From an uncultured Dehalococcoidales bacterium (GTDB lineage: Bacteria; Chloroflexota; Dehalococcoidia; GIF9; UBA5629), in contig CAYNVO010000001.1 in assembly GCA_964400675.1 (NCBI GenBank), forward strand, positions 267,919 through 331,918: a stretch of DNA of 64,000 nucleotides, in the 5' to 3' direction. The notes beneath the pieces are model-generated. The model worked only from the letters and a program-made list of their open reading frames with translations. It did no database searches and was not told the DNA's origin. Position 1 is the first letter of the stretch. Each line of letters begins with the position of its first letter. A program made the translations under genes and the position numbers. Shown here piece after piece: positions 40,170 to 50,699 of the stretch.

Positions 40170-40991
40170 GTGAAACGGGTTGGCATTTTATATCATCCCA
40201 AGATTGAGAAGGCCGAGGTTTTCAGCCGGGAGCTGGAGAGGTTTCTGAAAGCTCGAGGCGTTTCTTTCTGGACTTGCTCGGCATGGGAGGAGGAAAAGGT
40301 AAAACCGCAGATAGCCGGGTCGGAATTAATCTTGAGTATCGGCGGTGATGGCACCATACTGAGAGCGGTACGAGCCGTTATCCCGCAGGCGGTGCCGATT
40401 GTAGGCATAAACCTGGGTAACCTGGGATTTATGACTGAACTTAAAGCTGATGAGGCTCTTGATAAACTGCCTCGGCTGCTGGGTGGCGAGGGCTGGGTTG
40501 AAGAGAGAGCCATGCTGGAAGCTGGTCTGCCATCTCAGAGCAAGGTTTTTAATGCCATAAACGATGTTTTTGTGGGACGAAGGAGCCTGGCACGACTGGT
40601 TCGGATTGAGACCAGGGTAAATGGCGAGATTTTAGCAACCCATCGGGCTGATGGCGTTATAGTGGCTACGGCAACAGGCAGCACCGGTTACTCGTTGGCG
40701 GCCGGTGGGCCTATTCTTTGCCCGCAGGCTAAGGAAATCATATTCAAACCTGTTTGTCCCCATCTGGCTCTGGATAGGGCTGTGGTTCTGTCGTCGGACG
40801 CCGAAATCAAGTTGAAGGTTACTACAACTCATGAAGCTATGCTCAGCATCGATGGACAGATAGAATTGCCGCTGAGCAGTGGAGATGAGGTAAAGATAAA
40901 GTGTAGCCCTCATGTGGCGCGGTTCTTGAGAATTCGCCCCAGGGCTTATTTTTATGGCTATCTGGAGTCTAGACTTAAGGGGAAGATATGA
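40170..40991 (+). CDS. nadK: NAD+ kinase
   Basis: GGDGTILRA and NLGNLGFMTE motifs. Confidence 0.9.
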   Translation: MKRVGILYHPKIEKAEVFSRELERFLKARGVSFWTCSAWEEEKVKPQIAGSELILSIGGDGTILRAVRAVIPQAVPIVGINLGNLGFMTELKADEALDKLPRLLGGEGWVEERAMLEAGLPSQSKVFNAINDVFVGRRSLARLVRIETRVNGEILATHRADGVIVATATGSTGYSLAAGGPILCPQAKEIIFKPVCPHLALDRAVVLSSDAEIKLKVTTTHEAMLSIDGQIELPLSSGDEVKIKCSPHVARFLRIRPRAYFYGYLESRLKGKI

Positions 40992-41452
40992 AAAAAGTAG
41001 AGAAGGCTAAAATACATGATGCCCAGCGGATACACGAACTGGTCAACAGATTTGCCGACAAAGGTGAGATGCTGCCCCGGGCATTAAGCGAGATATATGA
41101 GAACCTGCGTGACTTTTTCGTCGTCAGGGATAGCAATGGTCAGGTTATAGGCTGCGTTGCCCTTCATATTAACTGGGCTGATTTAGCTGAGATTAAGTCT
41201 CTCGCAGTGAGCGGAGATAAGCAGGCTCGAGGCTTGGGCTCAGTGCTTGTTAAAGCCTGCCTTGATGAAGCCAGAGAGCTGGGAATCCCTACAATCTTTT
41301 GCCTGAGCTACAAGCCGGCTTTTTTTGAGAAGTATAACTTTTGTCAGGTTGACAAGATGGAATTGCCGCGAAAAATATGGTCGGAGTGCTATCGATGCCC
41401 CAAGTTTCCTGATTGCGATGAGGTGGCTCTGGTCTATCGATTTGAGAGGTGA
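40988..41452 (+). CDS. GNAT family N-acetyltransferase (ArgA-like short form)
   Basis: Acetyl-CoA-binding motif (Q/R)xxGxG/A as QARGLGS; 154 aa; 4-nt overlap with nadK. Confidence 0.7.
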   Translation: MKKVEKAKIHDAQRIHELVNRFADKGEMLPRALSEIYENLRDFFVVRDSNGQVIGCVALHINWADLAEIKSLAVSGDKQARGLGSVLVKACLDEARELGIPTIFCLSYKPAFFEKYNFCQVDKMELPRKIWSECYRCPKFPDCDEVALVYRFER

Positions 41453-41994
41453 GAATTGAGATGGAGAAGATTTTATCAAGCAAGCGGGTTTATGAAGGCC
41501 AGGTGGTTAAGCTGAAGGTTGACACGGTACGAAAGGGCAGCGGCAAAATTACCACCAGGGAGATTGTTGAGCGTAGTGATTGTGTGGCGGTGGTGGTTCT
41601 GGATTCTAAGGATAAGGCTATCCTGGTTCGCCAACATCGCAGCGCTGTAGGCAAGACGCTACTGGAGATTCCGGCAGGCGGCATTGACCCGGGTGAGCAG
41701 CCCATCAACTGCGTCCGCCGGGAGTTACAGGAAGAGATTGGTTATTTGCCCAATAAGATAGATAAGCTCGGCGGTTTCTATGCAGCTCCCGGCTATTGCA
41801 CTGAATATTTGCATCTGTATCTGGCTACATATCTTGTACCCAGCCAGCTTGAGGCTGAGGACACCGAAGACATAGAGGTGGTGCGGGTGCCTTTGTCCAA
41901 GGTGCCTGAACTAATTGCCTCCGGGGAAATCTGTGATGCCAAGAGTATCGCCGGGTTGCTCAGAGTTATCTCGCTGGGGCTTAAGGGCAGTTGA
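41449..41994 (+). CDS. NUDIX hydrolase (ADP-ribose pyrophosphatase-like)
   Basis: Nudix box ...GGIDPGEQPINCVRRELQEEIGY... Confidence 0.85.
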   Translation: MRIEMEKILSSKRVYEGQVVKLKVDTVRKGSGKITTREIVERSDCVAVVVLDSKDKAILVRQHRSAVGKTLLEIPAGGIDPGEQPINCVRRELQEEIGYLPNKIDKLGGFYAAPGYCTEYLHLYLATYLVPSQLEAEDTEDIEVVRVPLSKVPELIASGEICDAKSIAGLLRVISLGLKGS

Positions 41995-42003
41995 CCGCTG
42001 AAG

Positions 42004-42561
42004 TTATGCCTTGATTTGATACTTGGCTTTGCCCTGTTCGTATAAATCGGCGCCGTGAATGTCGTTGATAACGGTGGCGGGGAAGCTCTCTACTTCTAGA
42101 CGGCGTATTGCCTCTGCGCCTAAATCTTCGTAAGCTATTACCTCTGCCTTCTTGATGCTCTTAGAGATAAGGGCTCCGGCACCGCCTATGGCAGCGAAAT
42201 ATACCGCCTTGTATTTCTGTATGGCATCTTTTACTGCCTGTGACCTGTTGCCTTTGCCAATCATTCCTTTAAGACCGGCTGCCATGAGGCGGGGGGCGTA
42301 GCTGTCCATTCTTCCGCTGGTTGTCGGTCCGGCTGAGCCGATAACCTGTCCCGGCTTGGCTGGAGATGGTCCCATGTAGTAGACGGTTTGGTTTGTCAGG
42401 TCAAAGGGCAGCTTTTCGCTCTTGTCCAAAGCTTCAACAAGTCGTTTGTGGGCGGCATCTCGAGCCGTGTAGATTATGCCGGTAATTAGAACCTGGTCAC
42501 CGGCTTTTAGTTTCTTTATGGTCTCCTCGTCAAGCGGGGACTTGATATTTAAAGTTTTCAT
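42004..42561 (-). CDS. Class I fumarate hydratase (Fe-S hydro-lyase) beta subunit
   Basis: Matches the C-terminal/beta domain of tartrate/fumarate-family Fe-S hydro-lyases (GIIYTARDAAHKRL, KGNRS). Confidence 0.8.
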   Translation of the reverse strand: MKTLNIKSPLDEETIKKLKAGDQVLITGIIYTARDAAHKRLVEALDKSEKLPFDLTNQTVYYMGPSPAKPGQVIGSAGPTTSGRMDSYAPRLMAAGLKGMIGKGNRSQAVKDAIQKYKAVYFAAIGGAGALISKSIKKAEVIAYEDLGAEAIRRLEVESFPATVINDIHGADLYEQGKAKYQIKA

Positions 42562-42581
42562 GGCTATCCCTCCGAGGTGGC

Positions 42582-43412
42582 TTATTTACTTCCTTTCACG
42601 GTGAAGTCAGGGAAGGGGACTTTGGGTTTGGCCTCAGTATGAGGTGGGACTGTCGAAGCAGGTGGCTCCTTTTTGCCCAGTCCTACAGCCCGGGATACCA
42701 TTCGTCTTTTGAGCAGTTGAATGGCTAGAGCCGGGTCTAATCCTTTGGGGCAGGTTTCGGAGCAGGCGCCGGCAAGGTGGCAATGCCATACGCCGTGGTC
42801 GGTGTCTACCACAGGGAATCTTTCCAGCTCGCCTTCATCGCGGTTATCGGCACAGTAGCGATAGCACTGAGCCAGAGCCTGTGGGCCGGTGAAAAGTTTG
42901 TCACTGGCTGACGTGGGACAGGCAGATATACATATGCCGCACTTTATACAGTAGGTGAACTGTAAGAAAGCCTCTAATGCTTGGGGCGACTGGGCGAATT
43001 CAGCAGTGGGGTTTCCCATTTCTTTGCCATCATGGCGTAAGATGTAGGGCTTTATTGATTTGTGGGTTTCGAAGAAGGGAGCGAGGTCAACCACCAGGTC
43101 TTTGATAACGGGCAGGTTAGGTAGCGGTTTGATGGTTAACCTGCTTGAGTTGAACTCTTCTATTTGCGTATGACAGGCGAGATTAGGGTAGTTGTTGATT
43201 AGCATACCACAGGAACCGCATATTGCCATGCGGCAGGAGGTACGAAAAGCCAGCGTGCTATCTAGATTCTCCTTTATATATATAAGCCCATCGAGCACCG
43301 TCATGCCACGACTGGCCGGTACTACGAATTCCTGAAAATGAGGCTTGCAGCCGTTTTCAGGGTTATATCGCTGGACTTTGAACGTTATCTTTTCGTTTTT
43401 TTCTTTATCCAT
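42582..43412 (-). CDS. sdhB: Succinate dehydrogenase/fumarate reductase iron-sulfur subunit
   Basis: 2Fe-2S CRMAICGSCG and 4Fe-4S/3Fe-4S clusters CIKCGICISACP / CHLAGACSETCPKG; an unusual ~45-aa Pro/Lys-rich C-terminal extension. Confidence 0.9.
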   Translation of the reverse strand: MDKEKNEKITFKVQRYNPENGCKPHFQEFVVPASRGMTVLDGLIYIKENLDSTLAFRTSCRMAICGSCGMLINNYPNLACHTQIEEFNSSRLTIKPLPNLPVIKDLVVDLAPFFETHKSIKPYILRHDGKEMGNPTAEFAQSPQALEAFLQFTYCIKCGICISACPTSASDKLFTGPQALAQCYRYCADNRDEGELERFPVVDTDHGVWHCHLAGACSETCPKGLDPALAIQLLKRRMVSRAVGLGKKEPPASTVPPHTEAKPKVPFPDFTVKGSK

Positions 43413-43420
43413 TATGCCTC

Positions 43421-43786
43421 CTATGTGGATAACAGCGATATTGGCACATAGGCAGACCAGACGAAGGCTATGATGCCAAAAGCTACAATAGTCCGGGTAA
43501 TGATGCGCTCGGTTCTGGCTGATGGTGTCGTCTCCAGTATGATGTTACGCAATCCGTTGAGGGCGTGGTACAGGACCACAGCAAGTAAAGCTATGTACAG
43601 GCTTGCCCATATACCTTGATTAGACCGCTGTATCATTGATTCCCAGGAGGTTACCCTGGTGGCATCAACTCCAAAGAAACCGAGGATGGCGTCGAGGTGC
43701 ATCAGTACCATGTGTATGCTTGCTAGCACTGCTATCAGCACGCCAGTAACCAGTTGTATGAACCAGAGATATGTATTGCGCATCAC
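43421..43786 (-). CDS. Succinate dehydrogenase/fumarate reductase hydrophobic anchor subunit (SdhD-like)
   Basis: Three-TM 121-aa protein between sdhC-like and sdhB; 4-nt overlap with the upstream gene. Confidence 0.55.
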   Translation of the reverse strand: MMRNTYLWFIQLVTGVLIAVLASIHMVLMHLDAILGFFGVDATRVTSWESMIQRSNQGIWASLYIALLAVVLYHALNGLRNIILETTPSARTERIITRTIVAFGIIAFVWSAYVPISLLST

Positions 43787-44226
43787 CAGCCTCCTGCGAC
43801 GAAGTCATAAAAGAACACCAGACACAGGATTAAAATTATGCCTATCATGGCCATTGTCCAGGGGCGCTTTTTGCGTAGTGAATCTCGATAAGGATAGATT
43901 GGCGGGGTTGGCTTTCCCATTAGAAAACCGAGTTCCTGCAAGATAAGACGCAGGCCATTTAAGGAATGGTAAACTAAGGCGATGACAACAATATATTCGC
44001 CGATTTTAAACCACGGATTGTGAAGTATGCTCATCGTGGCTTCCCAGACATCCTGGCCCTGGATTCGGAAAACTGTTGTCATGGTAAAATGGAGCAGCAG
44101 GAAGAGCAAGATTCCCAGGCCGGTCACCCGGTGCAGTATGTACAGGTAACGTTCTAGCTTGTAGTTGCCTGCCCATATCCAGCCGCCAATGCCCAGATGG
44201 TTTTGTCGTGGCTGTACTTGTCTCAT
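43783..44226 (-). CDS. Succinate dehydrogenase/fumarate reductase cytochrome b subunit (SdhC-like)
   Basis: Three-TM 147-aa protein with conserved His in helices, immediately downstream of sdhA. Confidence 0.6.
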   Translation of the reverse strand: MRQVQPRQNHLGIGGWIWAGNYKLERYLYILHRVTGLGILLFLLLHFTMTTVFRIQGQDVWEATMSILHNPWFKIGEYIVVIALVYHSLNGLRLILQELGFLMGKPTPPIYPYRDSLRKKRPWTMAMIGIILILCLVFFYDFVAGGW

Positions 44227-44236
44227 AGTTAGCTCC

Positions 44237-45943
44237 CTAATATTTCCTTTCTACTGGCTGCCACATGGTTATGTTTACTGGGATATAATCGAGCCGTGGT
44301 CCTTCTGGTGTGTAGTGAGCCATGGTGTGTTTGAGCCAGTTATCATCGTCACGCTTGGGGAAATCTCGTCTAGAGTGAGCCCCTCTGGATTCAGTGCGGG
44401 CTAGAGCTCCGGCGATGATGATTTCAGCCAGGTCAAGCAGGTTGTCGGCTTCTAATGCGCTTAGCAGGTCAGTATTGTAAATGCGCCCGTGGTCGTTGAC
44501 CTTCATCCCGGGTAGGAGCTGCTTTATTTCTTGTATCTTATCGAGGGCTGCTTTCAGGTCTGGACCGGTGCGGAAAACACCGACTTTGCTATCCATGGTT
44601 CTCTGTAGTTCCCTGCGTAATGCATAGGCACTTTCTTTGCCCTGAGCGCTAAACCTGCTAAAAACTCTAGACTCTTCGTCTTTTAGCGTTACAGCCTTTG
44701 GAGGAGAAGGAATTGTTTTCTGTTTGGAGGCATACTTAGCAGCTTCATATCCGGTTATTTTCCCCCAGACCAGACACTCTGTGGTTGAGTTGGAACCGAG
44801 GCGGTTAGCACCATGTAGCGATACGCAGGCAGCCTCACCGGCTGCCCAAATGCCTTCTATCGGTGTGGCACCGTTAATGTCGGTATGTATGCCGCCCATA
44901 AAATAATGAGCGGCAGGTCGAACTGGTATTGGTTTATATATGGGGTCGATGAAGTTGAACTTCATGGCGACCTCTCGAATCATCGGCAGCCGCTCGTTGA
45001 TTTTTTCAGCGCCGAGATGGCGCAGGTCGATATGAACATAATCGAGGCCATCAGGTTCAGGGAATCCTCTGCCTTCCTCGATTTCAGTCATCTCGGAGCG
45101 GGAGACAATGTCTCGGGGAGCTACCTCCATCTTAGACGGAGCATATTTTTCCATAAATCTTTTGTCTTTGTTATTGAGCAAATAGCCACCCTCGCCTCGT
45201 GCTGCCTCTGTAATCAGTATGCCGGATGGCACCAGCCCGGTAGGATGAAACTGGACGAATTCCAGGTCTTTGATAGGCAATCCAGCCCGATAAGCCATGG
45301 CTAGACCATCGCCGGTAGCGGTAAGAGAGTAAGTGGTGAAACCGAACATGCGGCAAGCCCCACCGGTGGCGATAATCAAAGCTTTGCCTTGAATCAAGAA
45401 GAACTCGCCGCTGGTTAGATTCCAGGCAGTTATACCGTAGAATGTGTTGTCTTTTGTCAGTATGGAACTGATGTAGCATTCATCGTACCTGCTTACATTG
45501 GCGTATTTCTGTAAGGTGTCGTACAGAGCCTGCATTTCGGCAAAGCCGGTCTTGTCGGCAGCAAATACCGCTCGGTCAAAGCTATGGCCGCCAAACGGTC
45601 GTTGAGCAATGCGCCCGTCGGGACGCCGTGACCAGGGTATGCCCCAGTGCTCCAGTAGCAGTATTTCCTTAGGCGCCTCTTCAACGAAGCGCTTCGCCAC
45701 ATCCTGGTCGCAGAGGAAGTCAGCGCCTCTGATGGTGTCCCAGGAGTGGAGTTCGAAGCTGTCTCCTTCATCAGGCCGCATCACCGCTGCACTACCGCCC
45801 TCGGCACAGACTGAGTGGGAGCGCATCAACTGGACTTTGGAGACGATGGCAACATCGAGGTCTGGATTTCGGGCAGCTTCTATGGCGGCACGTAGTCCGG
45901 CAAGTCCCGAGCCCAGGACTATAATATCGTGTTTTTGGCTCAC
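44237..45943 (-). CDS. sdhA: Succinate dehydrogenase/fumarate reductase flavoprotein subunit
   Basis: VLGSGLAGLRAA FAD motif; covalent-FAD His in RSHSVCAEGG; active-site HPTG. Confidence 0.95.
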   Translation of the reverse strand: MSQKHDIIVLGSGLAGLRAAIEAARNPDLDVAIVSKVQLMRSHSVCAEGGSAAVMRPDEGDSFELHSWDTIRGADFLCDQDVAKRFVEEAPKEILLLEHWGIPWSRRPDGRIAQRPFGGHSFDRAVFAADKTGFAEMQALYDTLQKYANVSRYDECYISSILTKDNTFYGITAWNLTSGEFFLIQGKALIIATGGACRMFGFTTYSLTATGDGLAMAYRAGLPIKDLEFVQFHPTGLVPSGILITEAARGEGGYLLNNKDKRFMEKYAPSKMEVAPRDIVSRSEMTEIEEGRGFPEPDGLDYVHIDLRHLGAEKINERLPMIREVAMKFNFIDPIYKPIPVRPAAHYFMGGIHTDINGATPIEGIWAAGEAACVSLHGANRLGSNSTTECLVWGKITGYEAAKYASKQKTIPSPPKAVTLKDEESRVFSRFSAQGKESAYALRRELQRTMDSKVGVFRTGPDLKAALDKIQEIKQLLPGMKVNDHGRIYNTDLLSALEADNLLDLAEIIIAGALARTESRGAHSRRDFPKRDDDNWLKHTMAHYTPEGPRLDYIPVNITMWQPVERKY

Positions 45944-46785
45944 AGTACTGCCTCCTTATGCCTGGCGCACCAGCATTGAATGTTAACGGCAACCGGCATA
46001 CTGGCGATGTGTGCCGGGAAAACTTCGGCATGAACGGCTAATGCTGTCGTCCTGCCACCATAGCCCATCGGCCCGATGCCCAGGTTATTTACCCGCCGCA
46101 GTATTTCCTTTTCGAGCTTAGCAACTTCCGGGTCCGGATTGTGCTCGCCGACTTTGCGCAGCAGTGCCTTTTTAGACATCGCCATGGTTTTATCCGTTGT
46201 TCCGCCTATTCCGAGGCCGATAATGATTGGTGGACATGGGTTGCTGCCCGATTCATTAACCAGGTTTACCACAAAATCTATAATTCCCTGCCGCCCTTTT
46301 GCCGGAGGCATAACCGTCAGTCGGGAGCAGTTTTCTGAGCCGCCTCCTTTAGGTATCACGCTGATTTTAAGCTTATCGCCGGGGACGATATCGGTGTGAA
46401 TGATTGCCGGCGTGTTATCCTTGGTGTTCACTCGTGCTGAGAATGGCTGGTTCACCATAGATTTGCGTAGATAGCCTTTTTCGTACCCCTGGCGAACGCC
46501 TTCATTTATGCAGACATAAAGGTTACCGTCCTTTATGTGAGCTTCTTGTCCCAGCTCCAGCAATACCACTGCGGCGCCTGTGTCCTGACATAGGGGTATT
46601 TTATCCTTGGTGGAGATTTCGGTATTCTTAATAATTTGAGCTAATACGTCCTTAGCCACGGGTGACTCTTCTTTGTCTCTTGCCTGCTTGAGCGCTGTGA
46701 GCACATCTTCAGGGAGATAAAGGCAAGCTTCCTGGAACAGCTTGGATATGGTTTCGGTTATCTGTTTGCAATCGATGTCCCGCAT
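45940..46785 (-). CDS. Class I fumarate hydratase (Fe-S hydro-lyase) alpha subunit
   Basis: N-terminal/alpha domain with LCQDTGAAVV and Cys ligands; 4-nt overlap with sdhA. Confidence 0.85.
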   Translation of the reverse strand: MRDIDCKQITETISKLFQEACLYLPEDVLTALKQARDKEESPVAKDVLAQIIKNTEISTKDKIPLCQDTGAAVVLLELGQEAHIKDGNLYVCINEGVRQGYEKGYLRKSMVNQPFSARVNTKDNTPAIIHTDIVPGDKLKISVIPKGGGSENCSRLTVMPPAKGRQGIIDFVVNLVNESGSNPCPPIIIGLGIGGTTDKTMAMSKKALLRKVGEHNPDPEVAKLEKEILRRVNNLGIGPMGYGGRTTALAVHAEVFPAHIASMPVAVNIQCWCARHKEAVL

Positions 46786-46792
46786 TGGCTGA

Positions 46793-47722
46793 TTACTCCA
46801 ATTTCATTATTTTGGCAAGCTCTCGCACGGCTTCGGCTGATTTCTTGAGTGCGGCGTTCTCCTCTGCGGTTAGCTTCAGCTCGATTATCTGCTCGACACC
46901 GTTTTTACCTAATTTTGCGGGTACTCCGACAACTGCATCTTTTATTCCATATTCACCTTCAAGGTATACAGCGCAGGGTAGTATTCTTTTCTTATCCAGT
47001 AGTATAGACTTAATCATTTGTGCGGTAGCAGCCGCCGGTGCGTAGAAAGCGCTACCCGTCTTCAGCAGGGCAACTATCTCGCCGCCTCCCTTAATGGTTC
47101 GCTCCACGATTCTGTTTATAGTCTCTTGTGGAAGAAGCTCGGTTATCGGAATGCCACCTACGGTGGTCAATCTTGGAATGGCTACCATGGTATCTCCGTG
47201 ACCACCTAGAAGGCAGGCGTGAACATCTGAGACCGACACGTCGAGCTCCTGCGCCAGAAAGGTTCTGAATCTGGCGGTATCCAGAATGCCTGACTGCCCG
47301 AAGACGCGATTTCGGGGAAATTTACTGACGTGAAGAGCCAGCTGTGTCATGGCATCTAATGGATTGGCAACCATGATAAGAATGCAGTTCGGTGAATATT
47401 TCACCACCTGCTCGGTGACCGATTTTACGATATTCATATTGGTCAGCACCAGGTCATCACGGCTCATCCCCGGCTTTCTTGGTACGCCCGAGGTGATGGC
47501 TATGATGTCAGATTTGGCGGTCTCTTCATAGGAATTGGTGCCGATGACTCTGGCATCGGAGCCGGTAATTGGTCCGGTCTGGAGCATGTCCAGCCCCTTG
47601 CCCTGGGGTAAGCCATCGACGATGTCCACAAGCACTACGTCGGCGTATCCCTTTTCGGCGATACGCTGGGCAAGTGTGGCTCCTACATTGCCGGCACCGA
47701 TGACGCTAACTTTGCTGCGCAC
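46793..47722 (-). CDS. mdh: Malate dehydrogenase (LDH-like NAD-dependent)
   Basis: [15 protein letters not shown] Rossmann motif; catalytic region ...GGHGDTMV. Confidence 0.9.
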   Translation of the reverse strand: MRSKVSVIGAGNVGATLAQRIAEKGYADVVLVDIVDGLPQGKGLDMLQTGPITGSDARVIGTNSYEETAKSDIIAITSGVPRKPGMSRDDLVLTNMNIVKSVTEQVVKYSPNCILIMVANPLDAMTQLALHVSKFPRNRVFGQSGILDTARFRTFLAQELDVSVSDVHACLLGGHGDTMVAIPRLTTVGGIPITELLPQETINRIVERTIKGGGEIVALLKTGSAFYAPAAATAQMIKSILLDKKRILPCAVYLEGEYGIKDAVVGVPAKLGKNGVEQIIELKLTAEENAALKKSAEAVRELAKIMKLE

Positions 47723-47732
47723 TTTAGCCTCC

Positions 47733-48827
47733 TTATTTTTTGATTTTTTCGATTATTGCATCAGCAACCTCTGAGGTGGTTGCTGCAGTTTGATTGCGGT
47801 CTGACTTCAGGTCGTAGGTAACCTTTTTGCCTTCAGCGATGACATCGGCTATGGCTTTTTCCAGCTTATCTGCGGCTTCAGTTTCACCGATGTGGTGTAG
47901 CATCATGGTTGAAGAGAGCATCATAGCCATGGGATTTACTCTGTTCCGTCCGGCATATTTGGGAGCGCTACCGTGTGTAGGCTCAAAAACTGCTATATTA
48001 TCACCCATATTGGCTCCGGGTGCAACACCGAGACCGCCAACCAGTCCGGCACAAAGGTCGGAGACGATGTCTCCATAGAGATTAGGCAGGACGATGACAT
48101 CGTAGTGTTGAGGATTTCTGGCGAGCCGCATGCACAATGCATCGATAACTACATCTTCGAATTCTATGTCCGGATATTCACTGGCTACTTCGCGTGCGGC
48201 AGCCAGAAAGAGACCGTCGGAGAACTTCAATATATTGGCTTTGTGAGCAGCACTGACTTTTTTTCTCTTATTAGCGCGGGCGTATTCAAAAGCGAATTTG
48301 ACGATACGCTTTGACGCTGTTTCGGAAATCGCTTTTATGCTGAAGCCGGAATCCTCTTTAACTTTTATCTGTGTAGTTTCGAGAATAAGCTTTGCCAGGC
48401 TAGCGCTCCCCAGGGTGTCCCTGGCGAATTCGATTCCACTGTAAAGATCTTCCGTATTCTCTCGGACAATCACTATATCTACGTTTTCAAATGGCGTGGG
48501 GACACCGGGGTAGGTTTTACATGGGCGGAGGCAGGCGTAGAGGTCTAAACTCTGCCTTAGGGCTACATTGACGCTCCTGAAGCCGGTGCCTATCGGTGTG
48601 GTTACCGGACCTTTCAGGGCTACTTTGTTCTTCTTTATAGATTCGAGAACATTGTCAGGTAAAGGTGTGCCGAACTTATCCTGAGCTCCCTGGCCGATTA
48701 TTCCAATTTCCCACTCGAATTTAATGCCTGTGGCTTCTAATACTCTTTTAGCCGCTTCGGTAATCTCAGGGCCAGTTCCATCACCGGGTATAAGAGTCAA
48801 CTTGTAAGGCATGATTCGTGCTACCAT
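47733..48827 (-). CDS. icd: Isocitrate dehydrogenase (homodimeric IDH/IMDH family)
   Basis: Substrate-site block [19 protein letters not shown]...[14 protein letters not shown] closely follows the IDH pattern (S-x-N); LeuB has a different block. Confidence 0.8.
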   Translation of the reverse strand: MVARIMPYKLTLIPGDGTGPEITEAAKRVLEATGIKFEWEIGIIGQGAQDKFGTPLPDNVLESIKKNKVALKGPVTTPIGTGFRSVNVALRQSLDLYACLRPCKTYPGVPTPFENVDIVIVRENTEDLYSGIEFARDTLGSASLAKLILETTQIKVKEDSGFSIKAISETASKRIVKFAFEYARANKRKKVSAAHKANILKFSDGLFLAAAREVASEYPDIEFEDVVIDALCMRLARNPQHYDVIVLPNLYGDIVSDLCAGLVGGLGVAPGANMGDNIAVFEPTHGSAPKYAGRNRVNPMAMMLSSTMMLHHIGETEAADKLEKAIADVIAEGKKVTYDLKSDRNQTAATTSEVADAIIEKIKK

Positions 48828-48858
48828 TCAAAAGTTAATTATTATTTTACGCCCGTAT

Positions 48859-48917
48859 CTGTCATTCTGAGCAGAGCGAAGAATCTCCAGACCCTTCGCT
48901 ATCGCTCAGGGTGACAA
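48859..48917. repeat. Palindromic intergenic repeat copy (gtcattctgagcagagcgaagaatct / ...cgctcagggtgac)
   Basis: Imperfect ~60-bp palindrome between icd and leuD. Confidence 0.65.
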
Positions 48918-48933
48918 TAAATCTCTTAAGATA

Positions 48934-49443
48934 TCAGAGTTCAAAGTTGCCGTGTTTGGTTATATAGGGAACTAGTCCACCTTCGTCGAGTATGTCCAGC
49001 ATGACCTTCGGAATTTTACCAGAGGTGAGTTTGGAACCTTTGGTCAGGTCATTAACTACGCCTGTGGTCAAATTCACCTCTATTTTATCACCGGCGTCAA
49101 TTTTGTCAGTGTCGCAAATCAGGACTGGCAAGCCCTGGTTTATGGCGTTTCTGAAAAAGATGCGGGCAACCGATTTTGCCAGTATAGCGCTCGCCCCGGC
49201 CATTTTAATAACTAAGGCAGCATGTTCCCGGCTGGAACCAAGCCCGAAGTTCTTGCCGGCAACTATGAAGTCGCCACGCTTAACTTTCTCGGCGAAAGTT
49301 GGGTCGGCATCTTCCATAACGTGTTTGGCTAACTCCGGCAGATTGCTTCTCAGGTTTGCGTATTTGCCCGGTATGATATGGTCGGTAGATATGTTGTCAC
49401 CGAACTTGAAAGCTTTACCTTTAAGGATTTTGTCGGGCATCAT
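48934..49443 (-). CDS. leuD: 3-isopropylmalate dehydratase small subunit (aconitase-family swivel domain)
   Basis: 169-aa aconitase C-terminal-domain protein, translationally coupled (4-nt overlap) to the large subunit. Confidence 0.85.
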   Translation of the reverse strand: MMPDKILKGKAFKFGDNISTDHIIPGKYANLRSNLPELAKHVMEDADPTFAEKVKRGDFIVAGKNFGLGSSREHAALVIKMAGASAILAKSVARIFFRNAINQGLPVLICDTDKIDAGDKIEVNLTTGVVNDLTKGSKLTSGKIPKVMLDILDEGGLVPYITKHGNFEL

Positions 49444-50693
49444 GATACCTTTCTCGGGTCGGTGATTTCGCCGGTTAATGCTGAAGCTGCGGCTGTAGCC
49501 GGACTGGCAAGGTATATCGAGGCTTCCGGGTTGCCCATCCGACCTTTGAAGTTGCGGTTAGCTGTCGACAGGCAGACTTCGTTATCGCCCAGAACGCCCT
49601 GGTGAAGACCGAGGCATGCGGCGCATCCGGGTGGGAGTATCATAGCACCAGCCGCAGCCAGAACTTGAATATAGCCAATCCTCATGGCTTTGGTCAGGAC
49701 TTGCTGTGACGCCGGAGCTATGATTAACCTGACGCTTGGGTGGCGTTTCTTCTTTTTAAGAATGGCGGCAGCTATAGCCAGGTCTTCAAGTCGACCGTTG
49801 GTGCAGGTGCCGATGAAAACCTGGTCGATTTTGGTGCCGGCTAGCATGTTTACCGGAGCCACATTGTCCACTGTGTGAGGCATGGCTACCATAGGTTCGA
49901 GCTCAGAGGCGTTGATGATTACAGAGCGTTCGTAATCGGCGTCGGCATCCGGTTGGAGAGCCCGGTACTTATTGCCTCTGCCTTGAGTCGCCAGGTATCT
50001 TCTGGTGGCATTGTCGCTGGGGAAAATGCCTACCTTGGCGCCGGCTTCCACTGCCATATTGGCTATGGTCAAGCGTTGCGAGATGGTCATGCTGGCTACC
50101 GCGTCACCGTTGAATTCCAGTGCTTTGTAGGTGGCGCCGTCAGCTCCGAGTGCGCCGATGAGATGGAGGACAAGGTCTTTGACATTGACCCATTTTTGAA
50201 ATCTGCCGCTGATGCTGATTTTGAAGGTCTCCGGTACTCTGAACCATGTTTTGCCCAGGGCGAAGGCAATCGCGATATCGCTGGAACCCATTCCGGTGGC
50301 AAAGGAACCTAGACCTCCGGCAGTTACTGTATGGGAGTCGGCACCGACGATGATATCCCCGGGATTGGCAAACATCTCAGCCACCAGCTGATGGCATATT
50401 CCGCTGCCGCCTTCGAAAATCAGGCAGCCGGTTTCATCAGCGAATCTGCGCAAAAATTTATGGTCATTTGACAATTCCCGGTTAGGGCTGGGTATAGCAT
50501 GGTCGAGGAAAATAGCGGTTCGCTGTGGATTGGCCAGGCGCCCGTGTTTGACCTCTTTGAATTGGCGTATAGTTAAAGGTCCGGTGGTGTCCTGGACAAA
50601 GGCCAGGTCTACATTAGCAATGACTATATCGCCGGTCCTGGCATCGGTTCCTGATTTCTCACTTAGGATTTTCTCACTTAGGGTTTTCCCCAT
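49440..50693 (-). CDS. leuC: 3-isopropylmalate dehydratase large subunit (archaeal-type)
   Basis: 417-aa aconitase-family catalytic protein with Fe-S Cys ligands (GTCTNGR, PGCAACLG). Confidence 0.85.
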   Translation of the reverse strand: MGKTLSEKILSEKSGTDARTGDIVIANVDLAFVQDTTGPLTIRQFKEVKHGRLANPQRTAIFLDHAIPSPNRELSNDHKFLRRFADETGCLIFEGGSGICHQLVAEMFANPGDIIVGADSHTVTAGGLGSFATGMGSSDIAIAFALGKTWFRVPETFKISISGRFQKWVNVKDLVLHLIGALGADGATYKALEFNGDAVASMTISQRLTIANMAVEAGAKVGIFPSDNATRRYLATQGRGNKYRALQPDADADYERSVIINASELEPMVAMPHTVDNVAPVNMLAGTKIDQVFIGTCTNGRLEDLAIAAAILKKKKRHPSVRLIIAPASQQVLTKAMRIGYIQVLAAAGAMILPPGCAACLGLHQGVLGDNEVCLSTANRNFKGRMGNPEASIYLASPATAAASALTGEITDPRKVS

Positions 50694-50699
50694 TAAAAC

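Noticed and set aside
47733-48827. Call as 3-isopropylmalate dehydrogenase (leuB) because of adjacency to leuCD
   Set aside because: The substrate-binding block [19 protein letters not shown] closely follows the isocitrate dehydrogenase pattern (S-x-N), and adjacency to mdh/fumarase/sdh also fits IDH. Called icd, though the IDH/IMDH family is close.
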